Shown: positions 12,183-26,016 of the stretch, in pieces
Layout of the letters: each line of letters opens with the position of its first letter
Position numbering within the stretch: the first letter of the stretch is position 1
NCBI GenBank assembly: GCA_964016885.1
Contig: OZ024745.1
Location: 25,978,001-26,042,000 of the forward strand
Direction of reading: 5' to 3'
From: Eledone cirrhosa
Lineage: Eukaryota
DNA: 64,000 nt
The notes under the pieces: generated by a model
Seen by the model: the letters and a program-made list of their open reading frames with translations, nothing else
Database searches by the model: none
What the model was told of the DNA's origin: nothing
Program-made: the position numbers and the translations under genes

Positions 12183-12760
12183 CGTTTTTAAACAAACTAT
12201 TTACGTACATATATTACGCACACATATTACATTACATAAAAACAAACTCAAACACTAACTATATCCTCTAAATTCATAACTCATCCATTCTTCTACTTCT
12301 TTTCACATTATATCCTTAATAACATTAATATACTTATTTTAATAATACATATTAATAATTTCTTTTCCTCGCACATATTATTAAACACTTCAATATACAA
12401 ACCTTAATTTAATATTATTCTTAACCCCTTTTTCTCTTCATCAACTTTTAATTTCAAATTCTTTTAAATTATCTATTATCTTCCAACGGCTTTTTAACTT
12501 CTCTCTGTGAGACAATATATATCTTCTCAGTTGTAAAGGCTATCTCTCTCTCTCTATCACCCATCTTTCCTCCTCCCTCATCCTTCCTTCTTATACTCCT
12601 CCCCCACCATTCTTTACTCTCATCTCCTCCTCTTCCTTACCTTTTCCAACTCCCCCTCACTTTTTCCCAATATCACACATCAATCTTAAATTATTTTTCA
12701 TACGTTGATTTAAAACTTCACTATTCAAAAGTGTTTTTTAAGCTTCAAATCATGTATCCC

Positions 12761-12831
12761 TATTTTAGCTGATGAAAACGCAGATATCATCTCATGAAGA
12801 TATTTGTTTTTGAAATGCGCATAATAAAATA
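12761..12831 (+). ncRNA. Hammerhead ribozyme, inverted pLTR copy
   Basis: tattttag CTGATGA (12769-75) ... GAAA (12812-15) tgcgca TA ataaaata. The first stem I pair is mismatched. Confidence 0.7.
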
Positions 12832-12880
12832 CTTGGAACGCTTTTAACCATCTTTTGATCTTATATTATATATATATATA

Positions 12881-13075
12881 CGTTATTCCGTGTTGAATCG
12901 GAGGTAACCACAGAAAGTAAGGTACTCAATACATAGCAGAGTATAAAAGTTTTAATATAGATGAGATTCTACAGGACTAGAACTGTTTCATTCTTTAGAA
13001 ATCATTCTTTAGCAATCATCAGGGATTCCTGATGATTTCTAAAGAATGAAACAGTTCTAGTCCTGTAGAATCTCA

Positions 13076-13080
<5 letters not shown>
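12881..13080. mobile_element. Family B: (TA)n-flanked element with head-to-head duplicated hammerhead
   Basis: 12957-13023 is the reverse complement of 13028-13082, apart from a small internal duplication. The tail 12881-12945 recurs inverted at 22236-22301. Confidence 0.75.
13022..13074 (+). ncRNA. Type I hammerhead ribozyme (family B)
   Basis: gggattc CTGATGA tttctaaagaat GAAAC ag ttctagtc ct GTA gaatctc. Cleavage triplet GUA. Confidence 0.8.
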
Positions 13081-13113
<33 letters not shown>

Positions 13114-13162
13114 GTATATATATATATTATATATATGTATATATATGTAATATATATGTATA

Positions 13163-13227
<65 letters not shown>

Positions 13228-13402
13228 TCACATATTTTTTATTTGTTTGACCCGAATTACTTGGTCATTTCTTTGGCTGTGCGGATGATCGTTTAACCAT
13301 CGTCTCAGTATGTTTGGCCTTTAACGTATGTTGAGGATCTGAGAAAAGAAAACAATAAATAAAATAAATAAAACAATATCAGTAAAAAATAAAATTGATT
13401 AA

Positions 13403-13615
13403 CCCCTTCCAATGCTGTATTTCTGAACTAAATATACACTACCTATTGGAGGTATTTAGCATTTAAACCGGCCGTAACTGGCCACTCATACTGATGTTAA
13501 GGTATTGTTCTCAAGATCTCATTGATTCAATGTTATGTGAGATAATTATGTGAGGAAAAGCCCCTTTACAGTGAAAATATAATAGTAAATATAGAGTAAT
13601 GTAAATGCTAAAGGG
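13403..13615. mobile_element. piggyBac-type MITE (composite)
   Basis: ttaa|ccc ... aaatgctaaaggg|ttaa. Body matches 30283-30502. Confidence 0.6.
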
Positions 13616-13956
13616 TTAACAAAATTATGATAAAAAGTCTTCATGTAAGGATAAGCATTTTAAAACAAGCAATTTTGTATCATAAATTGAGGCCTATTTC
13701 AGGCGGTTTGCTATCAAAAGGGTTAACCGTTTGATACCAAACTACCTGAAACCACCACAGCTATATTATTCTAAGCTGTTTATTTTAAACCCCTTTTTAA
13801 CCCTATTTCTAATGAAAGCCACTATGATTTTTAAATAATTTCCAAAATAATCAAGGATTTGTAGGGATTTAGAAATGCAATTAACTTCCTCATTATTAAG
13901 CTAATGTTTGGAACATAACTTAACAAAGGTTCTTAAATAAAATAACTATTACTTAC

Positions 13957-14082
13957 CGAATAATAAACACCATGTATTCTCTAGGAACTTCACGATTGAG
14001 AAAGAATTTGAAGCCTTTAAACAGATTTTGAAATCTCAGCAGATTTTTGTATTCTATTTTGGCCATTTCGACTTCATCTGGG
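13957..14082 (-). CDS. PES1: Single internal exon of a Pescadillo homolog (start of the BRCT domain); possibly an orphan duplicate
   Basis: Acceptor ttcaactttag, donor gtaagt, 126 bp, phase 2-2. Encodes PDEVEMAKIEYKNLLRFQNLFKGFKFFLNREVPREYMVFIIR, which matches the Pescadillo motif LFxGxKFFLNREVPRExLxFIIR. Confidence 0.85.
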
Positions 14083-14687
14083 CTAAAGTTGAAATAGAAT
14101 TGGTGAATCAGTGAATTCAAAGACAAATATAGGCTGTGTAGTTCATAAGAATCAAGACTAATGGACAGAATTAACTTATATTTACTGTCTGTTAATACAA
14201 TCAGTGAATTCAAAGACAATATAGGCTGCTCAATTAAGTAAAGTAGTTTTCATAATATCAATGAAAAGAAATCTATTGAACGGTTCAACTTGCCCTTGTC
14301 ATCAGTTCATTCTAGATGCATGAGTGTGTGTCCATGAAACATATACATATACAACAGGTCTGAACAGAAAAGAACCAAACTCCCACTGTCACCGTCTCCG
14401 TCTCTTCCCATCTCTCACTAATAAGCTTGAAACTAGTACATCGTTCCTTTGTCTGTTGAACAAAGGGGCAACGATGGTTGCTAAACACTGTACGGCTTAA
14501 TTCGGGATGTTTGTTTACAAACAAACCGAGCATTATAATAAATGCTCGCTAAATCCATACGTACATATATATATGTGTGCATGTATGTATATATATATAT
14601 ATACATACTACTGTACGTCTGTATACACATATGTATGTATATACGTATACATACTTATATAATATATATTATATATATATATATATC

Positions 14688-14883
14688 GTAATAATTGTTT
14701 CTACGTTAGGCACAAGGCCAGCAATTATCCAGTGCATTACTGGTACTTTATTTTTATCGACCCCGTAAGGATGAAAGGCAAAGTTAACCTCGGCGGGATT
14801 TGAACTCAGAATGGCAAGGGCCGTAACTCTATACGTCAAAGAATGGCGTCCGACCCTCTCCCAATACTGCCAATCCACCGCCC
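14688..14883 (-). mobile_element. tRNA-derived SINE copy
   Basis: Well-preserved copy of the family at 130-960. More copies at about 17470-17695 (+), 18825-19247 (two, -), 52100-52270, 55140-55288 and 56500-56870. Confidence 0.8.
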
Positions 14884-17800
14884 TATATATAGTAATAATA
14901 ATAACTTTGAAGACTAAAATCCAATTCAGAAGATCCCGCTAAGGGTGAAAGCAGCGATTCTTTGCTTAAACTTTAATCTGTTATTTTAATATATATATAT
15001 ATTCATCTCGAAAGGTCTATTTTCTACGCGCTCATATATTCACCCAGCTTATGCTGATAGAATAACTATGTAGCTTGTGCCTCTTCCTATCTACGGTTAG
15101 CTTTTCTCTTTGTTGTTTACTTGTCTCACTCGCTTTACGCGTTTTAATTGTCCTAATAACTTAATTTAGTTATTATTGCACCAACGTGAGGTATATGATT
15201 TTTAATGCAATGAAATATCTATGATTGTTGGCAAATCACTGATGAGGGACTCATTTTATAACATGTTATCCATGTGCAACCTGCAGTATTCTTCTCCCCA
15301 TTTTTTCACATATATATATATATATATTTAGCCTCTCTCCTTCTCCAGTGACCAACATGACCGTTTCAGTAATACCAGACCTACTGTAGTCTAGCTTGTA
15401 TGCTTCATACATTTGTTATATTTACTTTTCTTAGCTATACGTTACATCCAAATTGCATCCGTATTAGAATTAGAATCCGTATTAGTATTAGCACCATATG
15501 TTAACAGAATGCCACCTACATCTAAACAATCCTTTAGTACTCCAAAATTCTCTTCATCAATCATCTCCTAACATTTATATCCAAATATTTGAATCCACAC
15601 TACATTACACATTAACCTTCCACAGATTAAAGAAAAATAGCCCGCAAAAATATACACCACACCTCAGATCTTGGACTCAAAAACAACATCCAATGGCTAC
15701 ATACAGCTTACTCATAGCCTGTACATCTTGAATATACAACGAAGGTTTCTTTAGCAGTCCAGTCCAACGGTACTTTGCTATACACATCCATTGTCCAAGA
15801 AAAAAGAATGGACGAGGGTAAAGAAGAAGGCCTGGCAGTTTTAAGAAGGATTTGCTATATACTTTAAACTTGATGTCATTCTTGAAATTGAATCTGAACT
15901 AGCTTAATTTGATTTTGCCACCAAATTTGCTCTGCGACATAGCCATTATATATTGCTCCAGTCTGTCGTGTGTGAGTGAGAGTGTGTGGGGCTTGTGTGT
16001 GTGTGTGTGTGTGAGTGAGTGTGTGTGGGGCTTGTGTGTGTGTGAGTGTGTGTGGGGCTTATGTGTGTGTGAGTGAGTGTAAGGGGAGGCTTATGTGTGT
16101 GAGAGAAAACGAGCGTATGTTTGTATGTATCTACGTGCATGAATCTGTATATATACGACAGTTGTTATTCCAAAGTATAAGTATACATCAGAGACAGAGT
16201 CACCGTAGCTCACTGGGACCGCATTTGCTCACCATACGGATTAATAGGCAAAGTTATAAACTATTGTAAATAAACCTATTTAACAACTAAACAACGACTA
16301 ACACTTCGTTAAAAAAAAATACGGTAATTGAGATTGTTAAGTTATATTAGTTAATACGGTTAATATGATGTTGGAATTATTTGTAGGTTAATGTTTATTG
16401 TGAGTGTTTGGATAGATTATAGTTAAGTGGGAGCTAACAGATTAATGGAATGAACCTTTAGAATTTTTAATTAATTAAAATTATACTCGCAATTAAAAGA
16501 ATAAAGTAATTAGTGATAATGATAATCCTTGTCACAAAGGCAAAATACTCAGCTGAATAATTCACGTATATTAATATTGTAATGCTGGCATGCATTTGTA
16601 AATGAATTTGACTTTGTTACGTACGGTGATATTTACGGATAAATTTCAGCCTTATTTGGATTCTTCAGCAAATCATATTCTTACTTGTATTAACTGGCAT
16701 AGAATGGCTGTGAGTATATGTTGGTTCTCAGTGTGAAAAACATTCACTGGGTAAGAATTAGTGACGAATTTTGTCGTTAAAAATCTATATAAGTGCCACC
16801 AGTCTCAAACATATTCAATATGCCCGAAGAGCGAGAAAATCGTATTTAACGAACCAATTCAGTGCATGTACATTACGGAGTTATGTTGAACAGCTGTTCT
16901 TGCACTTGGAACAGACCCAGATATTTTGAGAATTCTGTTTTGTTTTAGCGAAGAAGTGAAGTAGTTTTTTTATCTAGTGGTTATAGCAAAGTTGTCTGGT
17001 GGACAATATTAGACGACATATATTTTCCTTTTCGGCCAAGCCTACATTAGCTTCTACAAGGTCCGCATTCTCTGGATGATCAGTGGCTGTTATGAGTGGA
17101 AAGGTTAGGCGTAGATCAACAGGAACTCATTGGGATGAAAGCTGGTACGTTATAACGAAGAACACTTCTTAACTATTCATCCATACTTGCATCACTTACA
17201 CTCCACCGCTCTAACCAATTTACACAACAACAAAAACAACAAGGGTAACAATAAGTAATACTCTTTACTGCAAATATATTTAATTTCCTTGTAAAAAGAA
17301 AAAGAATGGAAGAATGCAAACAGTTTGTGTTTCTTAGTTGCTATATATTGACAACTATCTTGTTAACGAAGTATACATTTTTTTGAAATAATGTTCAACT
17401 TATACATGTATTACCTGAAATGACGGCTAAGAGGGCAGTCCTGTCATCGAGTACATTTTAGAAAGCTTTAGCGAAATGGCTGGAATGACTAGGTTAATTG
17501 CATTTGTCTGATAGGGTCTAGATTCGACGTTGATTTAAGTGTCAGAATGACTTGATTCTCCATAAGTACTAACTTACTAATTCACAGATTCTGGCGTCGA
17601 TAAAATAAAATAACAGTAATGCACTGGGGTCGATATAATCGACTTAACCCTCTCCAAACTTGTTGGCCTTGTGCCTAAATCAGAAACCATTATCTTCATA
17701 TTTACAGTTTAGTTTTGTTTGTCTTACACAATGCATTGCATGATTGTTAATTTTGTTAAGTACTTCCCATTTTCGGCAACGTTTGATTAGTTCGTTTCAC

Positions 17801-20299
17801 TCATAGTTATATTTCTGTGTTAACTACTTTAATGATGTCACCTGCAATACTGAAACTGTCGAAGATTAGACATGTCGTTGGTAATCTCAATATTGCAAAA
17901 AGTCTTCTTAGCTGGTTTACATTTATATCTGTTCTGACTTAGGCTTTCAATTGAAAGCACTTATTTCATATTGAGGAATGTGCGTATTGATTCATTTACT
18001 AAGGTCTTGAAGTTTCACAAACATTATTCTGGTGCATACAAGGAAGCTAACACTATTTAAAAAATGATTAAAAAAACACCTCTCAAATAGTTTTAAAGAA
18101 TTACTTCAAATATGGTAATATCATTTGAGCATCACATTTTATCAAGAATTGGATTCTTGTCGAAATATTTCGTAAAGGAAAACCTTTACATATATAGCAA
18201 TCTTATAAAGCTTACTGAATGACATAAAAGTTAAACTTCCGTTTTACTGATAGAATATGAAAAAAAATGTATATGCCAATCAAAAGTAATCGGAAAAGTA
18301 ACATTCAACATAGAGCCTATAACAGGAGGACAAATGCACCCCCCCCCCAATCATTCTTATTAAAATAATGTTATCAATTAATTAGACAGTAAACGATCTC
18401 TACCAAAATCGGTGAAAACTGGAGTCGATTGCTAGTTGAGGGTTTCAGAGCCCACACGAGGGGAATTTTGTTGGTACACCTGGTCCGCAGCTATAAATAT
18501 ATGATGCCACCACTCTCTAAAAAAATGTCTCTCAGCTCTCTAGAATTTCAGGCGTTCAGCTCAGCCTAGAATCATGAAAAATGTCTTGTTCTGCTTTGTA
18601 GGATTTCTTTCAATAGCGCTTCAGTCTGTTGTGTTGAAGAAAACTATCCAGTTTAAGATAAACTTGGAATAAGATTAAATGCTAAATAATCTTCATATAT
18701 CTAGAAATAATACATTAAGAACAAGCAATTATCTACAGATGTTGTCAATAAATATTTACTAACTAAAACATAATGTATGTGCCGATTGTGGTTTTTCTTT
18801 TCTCTGTTCTTAACACAATTATTTATGCCTAATTTCGGCACAAGGCCAGCAACATTTTGGGAAGGGAAAAGTTGATTAAATCAACAACTGGTACTTTATT
18901 TTATCAAAATTGTAAGGATGAAAGGCAAAGTTGAACACGGTAGAATTTGAACTTACAACGTAAAGAGCTAGAACAAATACCGCAATGCCATTTTATCTGA
19001 TGATCTACTAATTCTATTCATCCACAATCCTAATTATTTCTGATTTAGGTACCAGGACAGCAGTTTCGGGGGAGGAGCAAGTCGATTAAATTGAGCTCCA
19101 GTATTTGACTGGTACTTCGTTTTATCGGCTTAGGAAGGATGAAAGGCAAAGTTGATCTCGGCAGGATTTGTATTCAGGGCGTAAAGAGCAGGAAAAATAC
19201 TGTTAAGCCGTTTTGAGTCGCTTGAAACTCTGCCAATCCGCCATCCTCTAATTATTATTGACAGTAATGTGGTATGAGAAATAAGATTGAAAGAAATGAA
19301 GCCTTTTTGTCTTCCGTAAAACCTTTGTTAATTTTTTCAAATATCATTTAATGAAAAATGTGAAAGCGGAAAGAGGGAGCCTATTTCCGAGTAGATTTTA
19401 TATGTAAGTGTCTGTGGCATAAGTGAAAAGCAACAGAATTCACTTTCAAATGAAAGTTGGAGCAAAGAGAAGATATTTATACAAAGTGATAAATGTTTTG
19501 ACCCTATTAGAGTAGTTGCCACTTTATTAGAAACATACATGCACATGCACACATATAAATGTTTTCATGTATGAGTTTTATATGTATTTCAGATATTAGT
19601 AAATAAGCACATGATCAAACTGTTGACAAACATTGGTTATGATTATGCAGTTTGTCAGATCATTAAATCGAAGGTTGCGCAATAGTTTTCGTGTGTACGA
19701 TTCTATATATAAATTAGCTTCGTTTATATATACTGAAAAGTTCATAGGCTGACTATGAAGGAGTGATGCTAGAGTGTGAAATCTTGCATGCATTACTTTC
19801 AAATCTTATTAATAACTGCAGCGTTTCTTATCAGGGACCATGTTGAAAAATAAAAAAAACTCTTTTGGTCATTTCATGAGAGTATCATAGGCAGCTTATG
19901 AATTTCCCAGCCTATGAACTTTCTGCCGAGCCCCGTAGATATATTGAGCATTTTGTCTTCTTGTTAATATACATTCACAAATAGACAAAAGTTGATATGA
20001 ATCCCCAAGAACAGATGAAAAATGTTAAATAGTAGACAGTGCCTGCAGTAAGGTTTTTATTGAGACTCCCTGGGTTTTCGTTACGCATGAATAGTGTCGT
20101 AAGTAAGTTTCCTCTATGTCAAAATATATTCAGACAGTCAATGAAGCCAAAGGAGTTACAACCAAGTACTAACTGACAGTATATATCCACCTTTCAGATT
20201 GTAACTAGCTTACGCTATGGAAATGATATGTCTTGGATGGTCGGATATTACATTCTCATATTTTCAAATATTGTGATTTTAATGAACCTTGAATGTATA

Positions 20300-20860
20300 G
20301 TATGAAGTCTGTTTCAAACCAGGCCGGTGTTTATCTCGGTTTCGTGGTGTGAAACGACTGAGATTTCAATACTCTATCCAAGAAAGGCAGCCAGTCCATC
20401 GCAGGGTTAACCCCCTCCTAGCTATTGCTGCTACTCATTTTCAGCTGAGTATACTGGAGCAACGTAAAATGAAGTGCTTTGCTCAACAACACAACATTCA
20501 ACCCATTTCAGGAATCGAACGCACGACATTATGGTCGTAAGGTCAACACCCTTACCACAAGGCCATGAATTGAAACCTTGCAAGGGTAAAGACCCTCTTC
20601 GGTCACGAATGGCCATGGGATTTACACCTAGAAAGTTCCCGTCCGAGGCACAAGTCCGGGCAAGGTTGTTTGTGGAAGACCATCAGTCGTCCATGCATAC
20701 CAGTCTCCCCTCTCCATGCCACCAATATTGTCCAAGGGAAAAGGCAAATGCCAATACAGTGACGTGAAAATAAACTGTTTTGCTCAAGAACACAACGCAA
20801 AGCCCGGTCCGAGAATTAAACTCACAACCTCGTGACTGTAAGCCCGATGCTCTAGTCAGT
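20300..20860 (-). mobile_element. Second tRNA-derived SINE family (two nested or adjacent copies)
   Basis: Contains cagctgagt..actggagcaacgt.aaatgaagtg...gctcaa..acacaac followed by a tRNA-like head on the minus strand. A plus-strand relative lies at about 30590-30870. Confidence 0.6.
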
Positions 20861-21479
20861 TTGGTTTGAATTAGACTAATATGGCTTTTGCATAATATTC
20901 GAGCATATTCAGCGTGTATGATAGCTATACTACTTTTGCACTGCTTCTGTTTCACAGTTTCTGTATTACTTACAAACTTTCACAGTTTCTGTATTATTTA
21001 CAAACACCCTAAGCTATTATTCAAACATGTAATATTTATGTTACTATATAATTTTCAAGCTCAACATATCCTCATTCAACATACTGTGTTTCAGTATCCA
21101 ATGCATACAACATCTACCTTTGATATCGATCTTACTTACCGTCGGTCAGTTAGTTGGTAGGTCGGTCTTCTCAATGGTTTCATCTTAGCTTATTTTGTCA
21201 TTACCTCACTCATTGTACCACAGCTATATTTTAAGCCCATCTAGTTATTTCACTGAGGAGGCAACGCCCAATGTCTGTACAGATAGTATATAATATACAT
21301 ATAAAATATATAGAATATAATAAAAATATTGAATAAAAAAAATAGCCGGAAGCGGCATTATTCCTATGGCCCGAAAGGTGACGTTTATTTGCTCTTCTAA
21401 CGTCGTATTATGAGAGACTGTTTAAATAGTGTCCCGATATGTCGACCTGTGGCGGCTGAGAGTTTGTACATGCATTTGA

Positions 21480-21545
21480 ATGTGTGTGTGTATATATTTA
21501 TATGTATGTATGTATGTATGTATATATGCAAATATATATGTGTAC

Positions 21546-21612
<67 letters not shown>

Positions 21613-21647
21613 GTATATTTAAATGTACATATATATATATATATAAA

Positions 21648-21679
<32 letters not shown>

Positions 21680-21840
21680 AATGTACATATATATAGTATA
21701 TATATATATATATATAAATGTACATATATATATATAGTATATATATATATATAAATGTACATATATATATATAGTATATATATATAAATGTACATATATA
21801 TATAGTATATATATATATATAAATGTACATATATATATAG

Positions 21841-21882
<42 letters not shown>

Positions 21883-22071
21883 GTATATATATATAAATGT
21901 ACATATATATATATAGTATATATATATAAATGTACATATATATATATAGTATATATATATAAATGTACATATATATATATAGTATATAGATATAAATGTA
22001 CATATATATATATAGTATATAGATATATATATATGTATATTTAAATGTACATATATATATATATATTTAAA

Positions 22072-22138
<67 letters not shown>

Positions 22139-22175
22139 TTAAATGTAAATATATATATATATATATATATATATA
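21480..22175. repeat. (TA)n-derived compound minisatellite
   Basis: Repeated aaatgtac(at)n-agt(at)n units. Confidence 0.85.
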
Positions 22176-22300
22176 GTTTTAATATAGAAGAGATTCTACA
22201 GGACTAGAACTGTTTCATTCATAAGAAATCATCTGTTATACTCTGCTATGTATTGAGTACCTTACTTACTGTGGTTACCTCCGTTTCAACCCGGAATAAC

Positions 22301-22301
<1 letters not shown>
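22176..22301. mobile_element. Family B element with the hammerhead part inverted relative to the tail
   Basis: Minus strand reads GATGAtttcttatgaatGAAACagttctagtcctGTAgaatctc. The plus-strand tail is the reverse complement of 12881-12945. (TA)n flanks. Confidence 0.7.
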
Positions 22302-22366
<65 letters not shown>

Positions 22367-22466
22367 ATAGCATATATATATATGTGTGTGTAGTCACACA
22401 TATAGCATATACATAAATATACGTGATATATGTTTGAATACATTTCTATTTCTTTCTTTTCTCTTA

Positions 22467-22497
<31 letters not shown>

Positions 22498-22510
22498 CAC
22501 ACACATATCG

Positions 22511-22549
<39 letters not shown>

Positions 22550-22744
22550 CGTGTATATATATATATATGTGTGTGTGTATATATAAATATATATATATAT
22601 ATACACAGCTATACATTCATTTGGTTTAGCTGTGCCTGTTCATTTCCCTTTCGCTAATCCATCTTTTCTTCTCCACCAAGGTGGTGTCGACAGAAAGAAT
22701 AACTAAATACTTAATAAATTGAAAGAAAGAGATAGATAGACATC

Positions 22745-22828
<84 letters not shown>

Positions 22829-22863
22829 TTGAGAAAGGTAGCACGAAAAACGGAAACAGGGAA

Positions 22864-22962
<99 letters not shown>

Positions 22963-23829
22963 TAGATAGATAGAGAGAGAGAGAAAAGGAGAGGGTAAGA
23001 GAGAGAGAGAGAAAGAAAGGAAGAGACAGGACTGCTATTTTTTCTCTCATTGGTCCCATTGAATAAGCTAGTGGAGTGTAAGTCCTGAACATCCGTTTCA
23101 TTGACAATACCTTTCTACCTTAGATTTTCTTTATTGACATCTTTCTCTTTCTTTTTCTTTATATTTCCCTGGCCCTTACTGAAACAAATGCTTTCCGCGA
23201 TGTCTTTTCATCTCTTTTAAATTAGCTAACTCAAATATTCCTTCACACACCCCATCCCTGCCGTTTTATTTGTTTTATATTTTCATTGTTTTTATTGTTA
23301 TTGTTGTTATAGTTGGCTGCTTATTTTTTATTTTGCTTCTTTCAACGCTTTCTCGTTTTACCTTTTCCTCTCTCGTTAAATAGTTATTTGCTTAAGCTAA
23401 ATATGCATCCATAGCTTAAGCTATTCACCGCCATTTTTCTTTATCTATACATATCTAACTATATAGCTAGCCTTCCTACTTACCAACCTACCAAACTACC
23501 TATTTACATTACCTTCCTACCTACCTGCCTCCCTACCTCCCTACCTACCTACCTACTTACCTACATACATTCATACTTACCTATCTATCTAGCTACCTAC
23601 CTACGTACCCACTTATCTATCTATCTACCTTTTATCAGTCTATTTATTTGTCTGTCTGTTTGTATTTCTTTCTACCTACTAACCATCCAACTAACCTTTT
23701 CTATATAAAAAAAAAATATGGGATATCCGTTTCCGGTCATAATTTTCAATGACGTCATAATGGCTCTGTGAGATAAAATGAAACGTTTTGTTGTTCAAAT
23801 TTTGCATGTAATTCTGAAGATCAACATGT

Positions 23830-23906
<77 letters not shown>

Positions 23907-24648
23907 TGTCCTTTGAAATGTGTATTAAATCCATAAATGAATGAAAATGTTACTTTTAGCACAGGAGAGCGATTTTCAAATATCAGCGTTGAAAACGAAA
24001 CGATATAAACTAAATACCGCTTGTCCATCGGTAAACAATAAATTCAGGGCCCGACCACAGACCTTAGGTTTCACCTTTTCCTCACAGCAAACTAACTGGC
24101 ACAACCTTTGGAAATTTCAATAAAATCTTTGCCGACTGTTACATAACAGAGCCATTACACATCTCCATAACTAAATTAACTACCTACACACAGATCTATA
24201 TATCTGTCTACCCACCTAACCACCTGTCGTTCTTTTTGTCTGTCCTTATATCTGTATGTCTACCTCTCTGTCCGTATATCTGCCTACCTGTCTGTCTGTC
24301 AACCGTTCTAAATATTCTGTCCTTATATCTGTATGTCTACCTGTTCGTCCACCAGTATGTCTGTCTGTCTACATGTCTACCTGTCTGTTTACCGTTCTAA
24401 ATATTCTGTCTTTATATGTGTCTGTCTACCTGTCCGCCCGGCCGTACGTCTGTTTGCCTGTCTGTCTACCGTTCTAAATATTCTGCATTATAAAGTAATT
24501 ACAAACAATTCATATGAAGTAATTAGACTTATAAAGACTTGCTTCCAATATGAACTCAAAACGTAAATGACATAAATTAAATACTGCATTTATTAAATAC
24601 CACACGCACACACTATATATATATATATATAGGAAAAGAGCCAGGACC

Positions 24649-25403
<755 letters not shown>

Positions 25404-25852
25404 GCATATATTTATACATGATGGCTGCCTCCTCGTTATCGAGTATGGCCATTGCGCGATATACCATTATTAATTAATTCTATCGAGCAATGCCTGTGTG
25501 TGAAGATATTTTTTTAAGTGAGGAAAGACTGTGCACTGAGCCAATCCCACTCTCTGAGCGACAGTAGCTATAACCCGAAAAGAAGAAAAGATCAACATCA
25601 TCGGTAACTACTGAGCCGCAGGTTTTATATCGGAGTTATCCCAGTTTCCTGAGTTGCCCTCTCCTAGAAGAATGCCCAGACAAAGGCTACGGGTCCTTCA
25701 CTCCCAGTGGTTTAACTGCGCGGTACATGTGTATATACATATTTACACACTTTCGGATGGCCGTTGACTCTTATGAGTTCTTCAGCTTTTTATCAGGTTT
25801 TGCTTTTTGTCCTGCAAGGTGTCCAAAATCACCCTCCTCACCAGATATATAT

Positions 25853-25913
<61 letters not shown>

Positions 25914-25950
25914 ATTAAATAAATGGAAACTATATTTATAAAACCATATT

Positions 25951-26016
25951 TATTTCATTATATATATTTCGGGGATATCATATTAACAATATGCTATGCC
26001 TTCCTCAGACAAAATA
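25951..26016 (-). ncRNA. Hammerhead ribozyme (inverted arm)
   Basis: tattttgt CTGAGGA aggcatagcatattgttaatatgatatcccc GAAA tatata TA atgaaata. Stem II is partly mismatched. Confidence 0.65.

Larger units (their letters stand above)
10505..12870 (-). mobile_element. 5'-truncated Penelope-like element with inverted pseudo-LTR
   Basis: About 690-bp inverted arms (10590-11287 and 12181-12868). GIY-YIG C-terminal remnant at 11862-12182. A hammerhead in each arm. ~85-bp unique tail at 10505-10590. (TA)n on both sides. Confidence 0.85.

Noticed and set aside
13953-14219. 88-aa ORF as a complete gene
   Set aside because: Only 13957-14082 resembles PES1 and is bounded by splice sites; the rest is intronic read-through.
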